A stretch of DNA of 64,000 bases. Origin: a virus (Duplodnaviria; Caudoviricetes). Made by a program: the position numbers and the translations under genes. Numbering within the stretch: position 1 is the stretch's first letter; each line of letters starts with the position of its first letter. The stretch is from positions 3,839 to 67,838 of the IMG/VR virus record IMGVR_UViG_2767802057_000001. One strand, written 5' to 3'. Positions 8,904 to 19,300 of the stretch are shown here, piece by piece. The notes beneath the pieces are model-generated. The model was not told the origin of the DNA. It made no database searches and worked only from the letters and a program-made list of their open reading frames with translations.

Positions 8904-9421
8904 GCGACCTGGTGGAGTTCCTGCGGGCACGGCTGGACGAGGACGAGCAGGTCGCGCGGGACGCCGCGGCGAAGGCGGCAGCCACCTTGGCGGGAGTTGC
9001 CGCCAAGGAAGGTGTGTGGAAGCCGCCGTACACCGACGTTGGGCCAACGTGGACCTTTGACTACGACCACGTTTTCGTGACCTGCGATCGGCCCGGGCAG
9101 CCGCGTCTGGCGATGCTTGCGGACTGCGGGTCCGGCGCCTTCAGGTTGACGCCGCACATCGCACGCCATGACCCGGCCCGCGTCCTCGCTGAGGTTGAGG
9201 CGAAGCGGGACTTGCTAGAAGCGCTCATCAACGAAGGCCATGCGGCGCTGCGCCCCGGCGGTTCCACGGAGGTCTACTGTGGCGCCGACTACGGGACGGG
9301 CGACCCATGTGACTGTGGCCGCAATGAACGTCTGAGCCGGTACCTGCGCCTCCTCGCCAAGCCCTACGCCGACCATCCCGACTACCGCGCGAAATGGCGC
9401 GCAGAACAGGACACCCCATGA
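8900..9421 (+). CDS. DUF6221-like actinophage protein
   Basis: LVEFLRARLDEDE...HIARHDPARVLAEVEAKR...LRLLAKPYADHPDY pattern. Confidence 0.75.
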   Translation: MSDLVEFLRARLDEDEQVARDAAAKAAATLAGVAAKEGVWKPPYTDVGPTWTFDYDHVFVTCDRPGQPRLAMLADCGSGAFRLTPHIARHDPARVLAEVEAKRDLLEALINEGHAALRPGGSTEVYCGADYGTGDPCDCGRNERLSRYLRLLAKPYADHPDYRAKWRAEQDTP

Positions 9422-10281
9422 TCGACGGCCGCCGCGTGATCGCCTGGACGCCCTACGGCAGGCGCCGCACCTACAGCATCCTGGCCCGCTACCTGCAGCG
9501 GGACGTCGAACGCGGCCTGGTCGACGAGGTGTGGGCGTTCATGAACACCGACCCGGTCGGCCAAGAGGACGACATCGCCTACGCGCACGAGCTCGATGCG
9601 CAGCACGACTGGTTCAAGCTGAAGCACCGGCCCGAGGGTGTCCACCTGGGGCACCTGCCGAAGCAGCGGTACACGGGCCTGGCGTACCGGTACATGACCG
9701 ACCCCAACACGATCTATGTGCGGCTTGACGACGACGTCGTGTACATCCACGAGGACGCGATCGAGAACCTGGTGCGAGCCCGCATCGAGATGCCAGCGCC
9801 GGTCGCCGTGTTCCCGATCATCATCAACAACGCGATCTGCAGCCACTTCCTGCAGCTGTGCGGGAAGATCCCGATGGAGTGGGGCGAGGTCAAGGCGTAC
9901 TGCATGGACCCCACCGGCTGGGCGAACGGCCCGTTCGCCGTGCGTCTGCACGAGATGCTCCTCGATCACGTCGAGGCTGGCACGGTCCGTGAGCTGTTCC
10001 TCTATCAGGACTTTCCCCTGCAGCCCGGCACGCAGTTCTCCGTGTCATGCTTCGCCTCGCGCGGCGAGGACTACGCGGCACTCCCCCAGCCCGGCGTCCT
10101 CGTGCCTGACGAGGAGGAGAGCTTCCACACGATCCACCAGCCGGTAGCGAAGGGAGTGCCGAACATCCTCCGCGGGGACGCCCTGGTCTCACACTGGTCG
10201 TTCTTCCCGCAGCACCCGTTCCTCAACAACACCGGTCTCCTGGAGCGATACCGGGAGCTTGCCGAGAAGGTGGTGGCGTGA
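9418..10281 (+). CDS. GT-A fold glycosyltransferase-like protein
   Basis: N-terminal VIAWTPYGR strand, IYVRLDDDVVYI DxD motif; ATGA-coupled within sugar operon. Confidence 0.7.
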   Translation: MIDGRRVIAWTPYGRRRTYSILARYLQRDVERGLVDEVWAFMNTDPVGQEDDIAYAHELDAQHDWFKLKHRPEGVHLGHLPKQRYTGLAYRYMTDPNTIYVRLDDDVVYIHEDAIENLVRARIEMPAPVAVFPIIINNAICSHFLQLCGKIPMEWGEVKAYCMDPTGWANGPFAVRLHEMLLDHVEAGTVRELFLYQDFPLQPGTQFSVSCFASRGEDYAALPQPGVLVPDEEESFHTIHQPVAKGVPNILRGDALVSHWSFFPQHPFLNNTGLLERYRELAEKVVA

Positions 10282-10478
10282 TGGGCCAGCAGATCAGTGT
10301 CGAGACGGCGTTCCCTGTCTTCCGGCAGCGGTGCGCAGAGCTCGCCGATGAGAACCTGCTGCTCCGCGCGCAGGTCAACGAGCTCGAGGCCCGCGTCGCG
10401 CAGCTGGAGAAGGAGCAGCAGGCGGAGGCCGGCGACCCGCCTCCGCCTGCCGGTCTGCTGCCCGACGGGCCGCTGTAG
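10278..10478 (+). CDS. Small coiled-coil protein
   Basis: Heptad LADENLLLRAQVNELEARVAQLE; overlaps GT-A stop. Confidence 0.65.
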   Translation: MMGQQISVETAFPVFRQRCAELADENLLLRAQVNELEARVAQLEKEQQAEAGDPPPPAGLLPDGPL

Positions 10479-10688
10479 CTACATGTCGGTGTTGGTCACG
10501 GCCATCTCGTATTTGGTGGCGGTCAGGCTGGTGATGTCGTCACGGTTGGAGAGGGCGGCCTTCACGCCGTCAACGATCGCCTGCTGGTCGACGCCGTAGA
10601 ACTCCTCTTCGATCCGGATCGTCACGGTGGCGGTCGAATCATTCACGGTGCGGGCGCGGACCTCGATGTACGGGTACTCGTATGCCAT
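10479..10688 (-). CDS. Small protein at end of tail module
   Basis: MAYEYPYIEVRART...; AGGGAG RBS; follows fibre gene. Confidence 0.6.
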   Translation of the reverse strand: MAYEYPYIEVRARTVNDSTATVTIRIEEEFYGVDQQAIVDGVKAALSNRDDITSLTATKYEMAVTNTDM

Positions 10689-10698
10689 GCGTGTCTCC

Positions 10699-11670
10699 CT
10701 ACGCTTCTCGGTACCAGCCTTGGATGGTGATCGTGCCGCCGGCCTTGAGGTCGGCGCCGAGGATGTTGTTTTCGCCGTCGCCGTCGGAGTCGTCGACGCG
10801 CATGCGGTCGGATGTGGCGCCGACTCCGCCGGGGTACCAGACGGCTTCGCCGCCGCGGATGGTGCCGCCTGCTGTGCCGCCGACGCCGATCGTCTCGGCG
10901 TGGATGGTGAGGGCTTGGCGCGTGGATCGGTCGGGGTTTGACGGGAGGTCGACGGCGACGCCGTTGGTGCCGGACCCGGCCGCGTTGACGACAAGGTAGA
11001 TGCAGACGAAGACGACCTTGCCCAGCTTCCAGTAGTAGCCGGTTCTGGTCGTCCACGTGGCTGTACCGCCGTTGCCGACGGCAGGGGTGTAGGTGGTCCA
11101 TGCGGTGGAGCCCACGGTGATGCCCATGCCTACGACGAGGGCGTCGTCCGTCTTCAGCGTGTTGACGCCGGACCGGTAGAGGTTGGTGTCGCGGGCGGCG
11201 GTGCCGTCGCCCCACAGGATGGTGCCGTCACCGGTGACGCTCCACCGGTCGAGTGCGTCGCTGGGGGTTTTGGCTCGCCATGCGGTGGTGCTGGTAGTTG
11301 CTGCGACGGAGGCGCCGGAGGAGCCGCTGACGGTGAAACCGCCGTTGAGGTTGGCGGCCCCGGCGACGGCGAGGGTGCTGCCGAGGGTGAGCGGGCCGCC
11401 GAAAGTGCCGGCGCTGTTGGGTATCTCCACCCAGCTGCCGCTTGCGGGGCTGCTCCCGTTGGAGTAGTAGGTGCGGTTCGTGTCTGATTCGGCGATCGGC
11501 TTGCCCGGGTACGGCGACGACGGGCGGGTCGATGAGGTGACGATCTGGAAGCCGACGGCAGTATCGATTTTGTCGAGGTTCTGGCCGATGTCCTGCGTGT
11601 AGTTGACCAGTTCGGACCCGTCCGACTTGGATTTGTACAGGCCGAGCCTGGTGGTGGACGGATCAGGCAT
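10699..11670 (-). CDS. Tail fibre / receptor-binding protein
   Basis: Gly/Ser/Thr-rich beta repeats, RDTNLYRSGVNTLKTDD motif, C-terminal GYYWKLGKVVFV head domain. Confidence 0.7.
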   Translation of the reverse strand: MPDPSTTRLGLYKSKSDGSELVNYTQDIGQNLDKIDTAVGFQIVTSSTRPSSPYPGKPIAESDTNRTYYSNGSSPASGSWVEIPNSAGTFGGPLTLGSTLAVAGAANLNGGFTVSGSSGASVAATTSTTAWRAKTPSDALDRWSVTGDGTILWGDGTAARDTNLYRSGVNTLKTDDALVVGMGITVGSTAWTTYTPAVGNGGTATWTTRTGYYWKLGKVVFVCIYLVVNAAGSGTNGVAVDLPSNPDRSTRQALTIHAETIGVGGTAGGTIRGGEAVWYPGGVGATSDRMRVDDSDGDGENNILGADLKAGGTITIQGWYREA

Positions 11671-12244
11671 GGTGTTCTCCCCTCGTCGCCCTGGCCAGTT
11701 CCTGGGCTTCGGTCTTGGTCAGCTGGCCTCGCATGGCCCGGCGGTGCAGGTTGACGGTGCGCGCCCGTGCGGCGACCCCTGCTGCCGTGACGCCGTGCTC
11801 GGCGCGGATGACGTCCAGTGGGTCGCGGCCCTTGGCTGGTGGTCGCACACGACCGCGGGTCTGCTTGGCGTGCTCCACCCTGGCCAGGTGCGCGTCCCGG
11901 GCCTGCTCGATCGTGGGCGCGTTGAACAGGTCGGTGGGAACCATGTCGCCCTTCCGGGCTGTGCCGGAGTTCATGAGGGCGGGTGAGAGCATGCCCTGCC
12001 GGGCCGCCGCGTCCTGGGTTCCAGGGCCGCCCGGAGCGTGCACGAACTGCTCGTGCAGCACGATATCCAGCAGGCCCTCGACGTCACCGGGGTCGAGCCC
12101 GTACTCGGCGGCCCGCTGCTCGAGGGTGTACTTGGGGAAGACGTAGGCGTGCTTCGACCCGTCGGGGCGGGCCATGAGGATGGCCCAGCACTCGGTGTGC
12201 GGGGTAGGCCAGTAGGTGTCGACGCTTTCGACGGTGTAGTCCAC
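11663..12244 (-). CDS. Hypothetical protein within tail module
   Basis: Coupled between minor tail genes. Confidence 0.7.
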   Translation of the reverse strand: MDYTVESVDTYWPTPHTECWAILMARPDGSKHAYVFPKYTLEQRAAEYGLDPGDVEGLLDIVLHEQFVHAPGGPGTQDAAARQGMLSPALMNSGTARKGDMVPTDLFNAPTIEQARDAHLARVEHAKQTRGRVRPPAKGRDPLDVIRAEHGVTAAGVAARARTVNLHRRAMRGQLTKTEAQELARATRGEHHA

Positions 12245-12255
12245 GGCTCCTCCTC

Positions 12256-15168
12256 TCAGACTCGGAAAGACCAGAAGTAGACGGCGCCTGCACCGGACAG
12301 CGCGGGGCTGATTGTCAGGGTGAACCCGGTGGTGGAGTTCGCGCTGAGGCAGTCGGAGTGGGTGACGTCGTCCTCAACAGTGCAGATGATCCTGCTGTTC
12401 GAGGCACGGGTTGTGCCGTAGCCGACCGCGAGGGACGTGGTGGAGGAGAACGCGACCCGGCCCATCATCAGGCCCTGATTCGCTCCCTGGTCGGCGTAGT
12501 CCCACCAGCGGCCGAAGTGGCTGGTGTGGCCGCTGCTGTCGAGAACCAGGCTGTTGTTGGCTGATGTTCCGTTGTCGAATCCGATCCAAGCCTGGCCCTG
12601 GTCCGCAACGACGACGCCTCCGCCGGTCGGCATTGAAACGGTTGCCTTGCTCACATCGGCATAGAAGCGCCCCCCGTCCACTCCGCCCTGATTGAATCCG
12701 GCGAAGTAGGCGCCTGGGTATGCCCACACGTAGCCTCCGCGGCGGCTCTGGTCGTCGGCTCGGATTACGGCGAACTCAGCGTTTTCGGTGTTGAGGTAGA
12801 CACGGGAGATGACCTGGACGCCGCTGCCGTCGTCGTACTGCGACGAGTTCATGCCGAGGCTGACGGCCGCGCCGGTCGAGAGCGCGTTGACATAGCCGAA
12901 GTTGGCACCCGTGTCGGGGTACCAGCGGATCTCAGGGAGTAGAGCGCCCGTCGGGTTGATTTCAACGCGTTTGCCTGCTGTGCCGGACTTGAGTTGTCCG
13001 ACGATCGTCGCTGAGCCGTCGGCCGCGGCAACGTTCACCGTCTGCGTGCCAGCGGAGTTGTAGGCGAGGAGGCCTGCGGAGCTGAGCTCGACCCGGGGCC
13101 CGGTGGTGGCGGTTTTGATGCTGGCGCCGACGATCCAGTCCGCGTTGATCGTCCCGGCGGTGACCTTGGAGACGGTGAGGTCGGAGATGTGGGCGTCGTC
13201 GATGAGCAGCGCGGTCGCCGTCGCCGCATCGGACGGGCCGCTCTTGTTGCCTGCCTTGTCGACGGCGATGACTCGGACGTAGCGGGTTGTGGTCTCCTCC
13301 ACCTGCACCGTGAACACCACAGGGATCTGCGCCTGGATCATCCCGGCGTTGGCTGGCGCTTTCCCCTTCAGGGTGGTGGCGGTCGGGGTGAACGTCGGCT
13401 CGTAGGAGACGTGGATCTCGAGGTGGTCGAGGTCGGCCTCGAGGTTGTAGGTGCCGCCACTGGACCGGCCGAGGGTGTGCGTGATCTGCACGGCGATCCG
13501 GGAGCCGGCCACCGACGGCGGGGCGGGCGTGCTGGGCGGGATGTTGTCCGAGGTCGCCACGAACGTCGTGGTCGACGACCATGCGCCCTTGTTGCCGGTC
13601 GTGTCGACACCGCGGATCTGCACGTCGTAGCCGATGCCCGGCGAGAGGTCGAGGAGCTCGGCGGTGGTGTGGTCCCAGGGGACCGACATGTACTGCCACT
13701 GTGTGGACGGCGCGGCGAAAGGCTGCTGCCAGATCTGCATGTCCTGCCAGCGGATCTGGGAGACGGCCGCCCACGTGGACGGGTAGATCATGTCGGTGTC
13801 GATGGCCCAGCGGACGTCGTAGTGGTCGCCGTCCAGCACGGTGGAACCATCCGTGTTCAGCGGGGCGTTCCAGGAGAGGATGACGCGGGCCCGGGTGAAG
13901 CCGCGGGAGTCCAGGTAGGCGGCCCCCTTGAACGGCTGGATGAACACCGGCACGCCCGGCGTGCTGGTGTCGCTGTTGGGGCGGGAGCCGACGGGTTCGG
14001 TGCCTGCGTTGGTGAGCTGCCGGGAGAAGTCACCAACGGTCACCGTGGACGTGGCGTCGGTCTCCCATTCGATGTACTGGGTGAGGTCGAGCCAGGCCCC
14101 GTTCACGTCCCGGTAGGCGACCGTGTACTGATCAGTGATCGACCAGTTGGCCTCCGTGACCTGCAACTTGATGGGGTTGATCCGCATGCCACGGAATGCG
14201 ATCTCCGTGGTGGTGTCGACGAGCCCGGCATCGGGGTTGTACACCCACACCCGGTCTCCGACCTGGAAGGTTCCGTGGATGTCGTAGTCCGCCGTGGACA
14301 GGGTCAGGGCGTTCCGGGTCGACGTGAACTGGCTGAGCGCGAGTTGGGCGCGCGTGCCGGCGTTCCCGGACGCCGTGTCCGACTCGGAGACGAGCCTCGT
14401 CAGCTTGAGCGGGTGGCCGTGGATGTCCTTGTAGGGGGTCGCCGGGAAGATGTCCGCCGTGCCCGTCGCGATGCTGGTGCCCTCCCCCTCGGCGAGGAGG
14501 ACGACGCGCGTGCTGTAGTCCTCAACGTCCCGGGTGACGTCCATGGAGCCGGGCAGCGCCCGCATCGCCATGTCCTCTCCGGCACCGTTCGCGAGGATCA
14601 CGCAGGTCGGATTCACCACGAACAGGTTCGCGTCCGGGCCGGCGTCGAGGGTGCCGTTGCCGTTGACCCGCCAGGAGACGGGGACGCTGGTGGTGGACAT
14701 GGTGTCGCACACGTAGGTGATCGCGGTGCGGGGGGATTCGTAGCGGTGGCTGCCGGTGTACTGCCCGGCGACGCTGTAGATCGTGCCTGCGGTGACCGCG
14801 CCGGACGCCGGGAGCAGCATGTTGATGGCGGTAGCGAAGCTGGCTGAAGCGGGGGCGATGGTGTTCTCGTAGACGTCGCCTTTGCCGTCCTCGTCGCCCA
14901 GCCACATGGCCATGCCGACCCCGCCGATCGACAGATCGTCCTGGGGGGCGCTGGTGCGGCCGTCGTCACCGATCGTCCGGGTGCGGAGCACGCCGACGTA
15001 GCGGGCCGCGGTGAGCAGGTTGTCGCCGTACTGCAGCGGATCCAACCGCCCGGGGATGATCGCGACGTGGCCGAAGTAGTCGAGCCGGTCCAACACGTCA
15101 CGGGGGGTGCCCGGTACGAGTTTGACCTCCCACGAGCCGAGGGCTTTGAGGACTTCCTGGACAGCCAC
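12256..15168 (-). CDS. Large minor tail protein with fibronectin-III-like domains (hub/central fibre)
   Basis: LSWNAP...YDVQIRGVDTTGNKGAWS and YVRVIAVDKAGNKSGPS FN3-type motifs; second gene after tape measure. Confidence 0.8.
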   Translation of the reverse strand: MAVQEVLKALGSWEVKLVPGTPRDVLDRLDYFGHVAIIPGRLDPLQYGDNLLTAARYVGVLRTRTIGDDGRTSAPQDDLSIGGVGMAMWLGDEDGKGDVYENTIAPASASFATAINMLLPASGAVTAGTIYSVAGQYTGSHRYESPRTAITYVCDTMSTTSVPVSWRVNGNGTLDAGPDANLFVVNPTCVILANGAGEDMAMRALPGSMDVTRDVEDYSTRVVLLAEGEGTSIATGTADIFPATPYKDIHGHPLKLTRLVSESDTASGNAGTRAQLALSQFTSTRNALTLSTADYDIHGTFQVGDRVWVYNPDAGLVDTTTEIAFRGMRINPIKLQVTEANWSITDQYTVAYRDVNGAWLDLTQYIEWETDATSTVTVGDFSRQLTNAGTEPVGSRPNSDTSTPGVPVFIQPFKGAAYLDSRGFTRARVILSWNAPLNTDGSTVLDGDHYDVRWAIDTDMIYPSTWAAVSQIRWQDMQIWQQPFAAPSTQWQYMSVPWDHTTAELLDLSPGIGYDVQIRGVDTTGNKGAWSSTTTFVATSDNIPPSTPAPPSVAGSRIAVQITHTLGRSSGGTYNLEADLDHLEIHVSYEPTFTPTATTLKGKAPANAGMIQAQIPVVFTVQVEETTTRYVRVIAVDKAGNKSGPSDAATATALLIDDAHISDLTVSKVTAGTINADWIVGASIKTATTGPRVELSSAGLLAYNSAGTQTVNVAAADGSATIVGQLKSGTAGKRVEINPTGALLPEIRWYPDTGANFGYVNALSTGAAVSLGMNSSQYDDGSGVQVISRVYLNTENAEFAVIRADDQSRRGGYVWAYPGAYFAGFNQGGVDGGRFYADVSKATVSMPTGGGVVVADQGQAWIGFDNGTSANNSLVLDSSGHTSHFGRWWDYADQGANQGLMMGRVAFSSTTSLAVGYGTTRASNSRIICTVEDDVTHSDCLSANSTTGFTLTISPALSGAGAVYFWSFRV

Positions 15169-15171
15169 CCG

Positions 15172-16380
15172 CTACCTCCGCACCCCGTAGACGGCCTCTG
15201 GCATGCACGCGATGTACTGATTCCGCAGGTCCGTCGCAGCATCGCCGGAGACCGGGGAGCCGCCGCCGGCTACGACTCCGATCCAGAAGTCCATGGCTGT
15301 TGTGGTCGCCTTGGTGACGCCGCCGTTCGTGTGTGCGGTGAAGGTGCGGGCGGAGCCGACGGCGAACCGGTTGCCGTCGGCGTCGTTGCCGGTGGCGGTG
15401 ACGTACCCCGACGCGGCAAAGCTGGTGTTCGTCTCCAGGGTGCTGCGGTACGCGGCGAGCGTGGCGGAGGTGCCGACCTGCAGGTAGCCCTCGACGAACC
15501 TGCTGCCGCGGCGCAGCGTGAGGTCGAGGGTGGCTCGGCCGGGGGTGAGGCCCTTGACCAGGCGGAGGATCACCATCTCCGGGTCGTTGCGGAGCAGCGT
15601 CGCCCCATCCCAGGAGGTGATCGACGACGCGGAGCCGGCCACCGAGACGTTCCACAGTTTGGAGTGGTAGGCGCCGCCCGTGTAGGCCTGCACGTCCAGG
15701 GTGGCCGACGCTGACGTGGTGACGTTGACGAGGCCGTTCGACAGGGCCCAGCCGGTCGCGGCGAGCGGGACGTCGACGCCGTACACCTCCTGCCCGCCAG
15801 TCGTCGTGCACCGGACCCGGCCCGCCAGGTAGGAGGTGGGCAGGCAGCCCCAGCGCGGGCTGATGTTCGCGGGGACGCCGCGGTAGACGGTGATCGTGCC
15901 GTCGGCGCTGGCGCGTGTCATGAGGCTGGGGTTGGTGGCGCCGGTGTAGTAGCTGTAGTGGCCGATCGGCGGGGCATGCCAGCGCTCCCCCGACAGAGAG
16001 AAGTCATTGAGGCGGACAGCCCCGGTGAGGCGGCTTTGCAGGTCGGTCTCCGAGTCTGAGCCGACCCGCTCCAGGGAGACTTTCCAATCGGCGGTCACCC
16101 GCTCGGTCCGGTGCTCGGTGTACGTCGACGAGGCCGACTTCACCGCGTAGTAGCCGTTCCGCTCCGGCTTGTCCGTCCACGTGACAGGGATGACCTGGCC
16201 CGGGATCAAGCTGTTGATGCCGTCGTGCCGGGCGATCACCTGCGCGCGAGTCAGCGGTGGAAAGCTCTCCTGCCCGTCGAGGTCGAGGGTGCGGTCGTCG
16301 CCGCCGGACTCCGTCGTGTCGAACGTCTCCCGTAGCGGGATACGGCCGAGCTGGACGTCACCCCATCCGTACAGGCTCAC
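15172..16380 (-). CDS. Minor tail protein (distal-tail position)
   Basis: Immediately downstream of and overlapping tape measure gene. Confidence 0.7.
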   Translation of the reverse strand: MSLYGWGDVQLGRIPLRETFDTTESGGDDRTLDLDGQESFPPLTRAQVIARHDGINSLIPGQVIPVTWTDKPERNGYYAVKSASSTYTEHRTERVTADWKVSLERVGSDSETDLQSRLTGAVRLNDFSLSGERWHAPPIGHYSYYTGATNPSLMTRASADGTITVYRGVPANISPRWGCLPTSYLAGRVRCTTTGGQEVYGVDVPLAATGWALSNGLVNVTTSASATLDVQAYTGGAYHSKLWNVSVAGSASSITSWDGATLLRNDPEMVILRLVKGLTPGRATLDLTLRRGSRFVEGYLQVGTSATLAAYRSTLETNTSFAASGYVTATGNDADGNRFAVGSARTFTAHTNGGVTKATTTAMDFWIGVVAGGGSPVSGDAATDLRNQYIACMPEAVYGVRR

Positions 16381-19300
16381 CTGGCACGCTCCCTATCGAA
16401 CTTGCGGAGGGCTTCCTTCATCTCGGCGACCAGGGCGTTCGCGGCGGCGCGGCGCGCGGTCGGGCTGGAGAAGTCGAACGTTCCGCTGACGGTGATGTTC
16501 TCGATCGTGATGCTGCCGCCGCCGTGGCTGCCGCTGACGAGCTGCTCGAACATCGCCGTCTGCTGGGCATCCAAGACGCGCTCCGGGCGGCGGGTGGCGT
16601 TGACGGCCATTGTCGCGCCAGGCTGGAGCAAGCCGCCGCTGTCGTACTTCGCGGCCGGCGCGAAGCCCCACTGCGACGTGAACATCGGGTCGTTGTAGCC
16701 GCGGGCCGTCTTGCCGTAGTGGACACCCCGACCGCCGGACGACTCGAAATTCACCCCGGCCAGGGTGCCCGCGGTGTGCCCGACACCGGCGTTTGTGACC
16801 CCGATCATGAACGGGGACTTCAGGTTCCGCACCCACCCGCTGGGCCCGCTGTTGCCAACGAACGCGCCGGTCGCCCACCGCCGGTGCGGGCGCTCCCCAC
16901 GGATCACGGACTCGATCGCCGACATGAAGCCCGAGCAGTCCCACGACGGGTTGCCGTTGCCAGCCCACTGGTAGGGCAGGCCGCTCTGGGACTTGGCCCA
17001 CGCGAGCGCCCGCTGCACGGCAGGCCCGCCGACGGCCTTCTTGTCCTCGGCACCGAGGAACGACAGCATGCTGTCCAGCGCCTTGTTCGACAGGCCCTTC
17101 AGGAGACTGCCGACGCCACCCCCCGGGATGGCGTTGATCAACGGCCGCACGAGCGAGCTGATCGCCTTCTGCGCGGCCGCCTTGAGTCCGCCGATGACGA
17201 GGTCTTTGGCGAAGTCGAGGGCACCGCCGATGGCGCCGCTGATACCGGAGGTGACGCTGCCGACGATGCCGCCGATCCCGAAGTGCTGCGCGCCAGCCTG
17301 CTCACGCTGGCGTTCCTGCTGCCGGGTGGGGTTGCCGCCGGTCTTGGTGGGGCGGTCCTGCCCGAGCATGGCGTCGATGCCCCGGTGACCACCGAGCTGG
17401 GCGACCTGCTGCTTGGACAGGATCCGCTCGCCCGGGGTGAGCATGGCCGGCACGGTGTCGCTGTTGCCGCTGCCCGGCACGACGCCACCCTTGTTGAAGC
17501 CCAGCGAGATCGCGGGCAGCGTCAGCTTGCTGGAGACCCTCCCGGCGATGGTGTTCCACATCTTGCGGATGCCGTCGTTGTACACGTGGGACACGACCCA
17601 CTTTACGGGGGCGCTGATCTTCGATTTGACGCCGTCCCAGACGGTGCCGAGCGCGTCTCGCAGTCGGGAGAACGCGGACTGCATGCCGCTCTTGAAGCTG
17701 TTGATCTTCCCGTTGATCGTCGAGAAGATCGACGACACCTTGCTGCTGACGCTGTTCCACAGCCCCGACCACGTGCTGCTGATCGCCGTGCGGAGGCTGG
17801 AAACACTGGACTTCACCCAGTTCCACGCCCCGGACACGGCCGACTTCAGGCCGCCCCAGAACGAGTCCCACTTCGAGCGGACATTGCTCCACAGGCTGTT
17901 CCACGTGTTCACGATCCAGTTCTTCAAGTCCGTGAACAGCTGCTTCGTCTTCGTCCACAGCCCTGTGAACCACGAGATGATCGCGTTGACGAGGTCGGGG
18001 ATGATCGAGTGGCCGACCAGCTTGTCGTACAGCATCTGGAACTTGTCGACGATCCAGTCGACGGCCGCGGTGACGCCGTCCACGAATTTGGTGATCCACC
18101 CGATCACCGTGTTGATCACTGGGATCAGTACGCTCATCGCACCCGTCAGCACGGTCGCCATGAGCTGCGCAAGGCCAACGATCAGCGGCATCAGCGGTGT
18201 GATGACATGCAGCGCCAGATTCAGCAGCGCCACGGCGAGCTGGGCGATCGGCGGGATCAGCGGCAGGATCGCCGCCGCCAACTGCGGCAGGATCGGCGCC
18301 AGGCCAGCGAACAGCTGGGCCACGACCCCGACGATCGGCATCAGTGCCTGCAGCACCGGCTGCAGCGAGGTGGCCACGGCCTGCACCAGCATGACGACGA
18401 CCTTCAGCACCGCGTCGATGTACGGCCGCAGGCTGTTGAAGAAGATCGTCGCCAGCTGCGCCACGAGCTGAATCACCGGTGTCAGGGCCTTGGCCAGGTC
18501 ACCGATGATCGGGGCGAGCGCCACCATGATGCCGAGCAGCGGATTGAACCGCAGCAGCAGCGTCCCGATCAGCGGCAGTAGCGGGCCCGCGTTCGTCAGC
18601 AGGCCCGCGATGGCGTCCGCGATCGGCGCGATCGCCGGCAGGACAGCCTGCAGCGTCGTACCGATAACCCCCGCTAGCGTTCCGGCGATCTTACTGATGG
18701 CGCCGAACACCGAAGTGAGGGCCTGCTGCACGCCCGGCAGGGCGGTGACCCGGTTGAGCTCCGCGAATACCGCACCGAGCGTGCCCAACGCGTCGCCGCC
18801 GCCCTGCGCCGCGGCCCGCATGATGTTGCCGACGGTGCCGAACACGTCGCCGAAGAACTTGCCGAACTGCTTGGCGACCTCGATGCCATGGTTGATGGCG
18901 TCCTCGAGCGCCCCCGACTTGAACGCGTCGCCGAGCCGCTTCGAGATACGGTCCGCCGCCTGGCCTGCGGCGGTCGTCAGACGGGCGAACGCGGGACTGG
19001 CGGCGATGGAGATCTGCGTGAGCCCGGTGATGAACTGGCCGGGGAAACGCGACAGAGGCCGTAGCCCGTTGTTGAGGCCGTCGAACAGCTGCCGGAGCTG
19101 CCCGGTCTTTCCCAGCTGGATTACGGCATTGGCTGCGTTCACGGCCATGGTGTTGAGCACGGTGGCCGTGCCCACGAGTCCGGCGCGCAGCGAGGGGATG
19201 ATCGCCGTGGACAGCTGTGTGAACTTCTGCCCGAGTCCGGCGAAGAGGGCGTTCTGCACGTCGAGCTTCAGTGACCGCCAGGCCTCACGCTGGGCCAGCA

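Noticed and set aside
6567-10281. TET/5hmC-type DNA hypermodification pathway (C5 MTase + GT + epimerase)
   Set aside because: No 2OG-Fe(II) dioxygenase or dCMP hydroxymethylase recognisable in the window, and the MTase is 44 kb away in another operon; not excluded if such a gene lies outside
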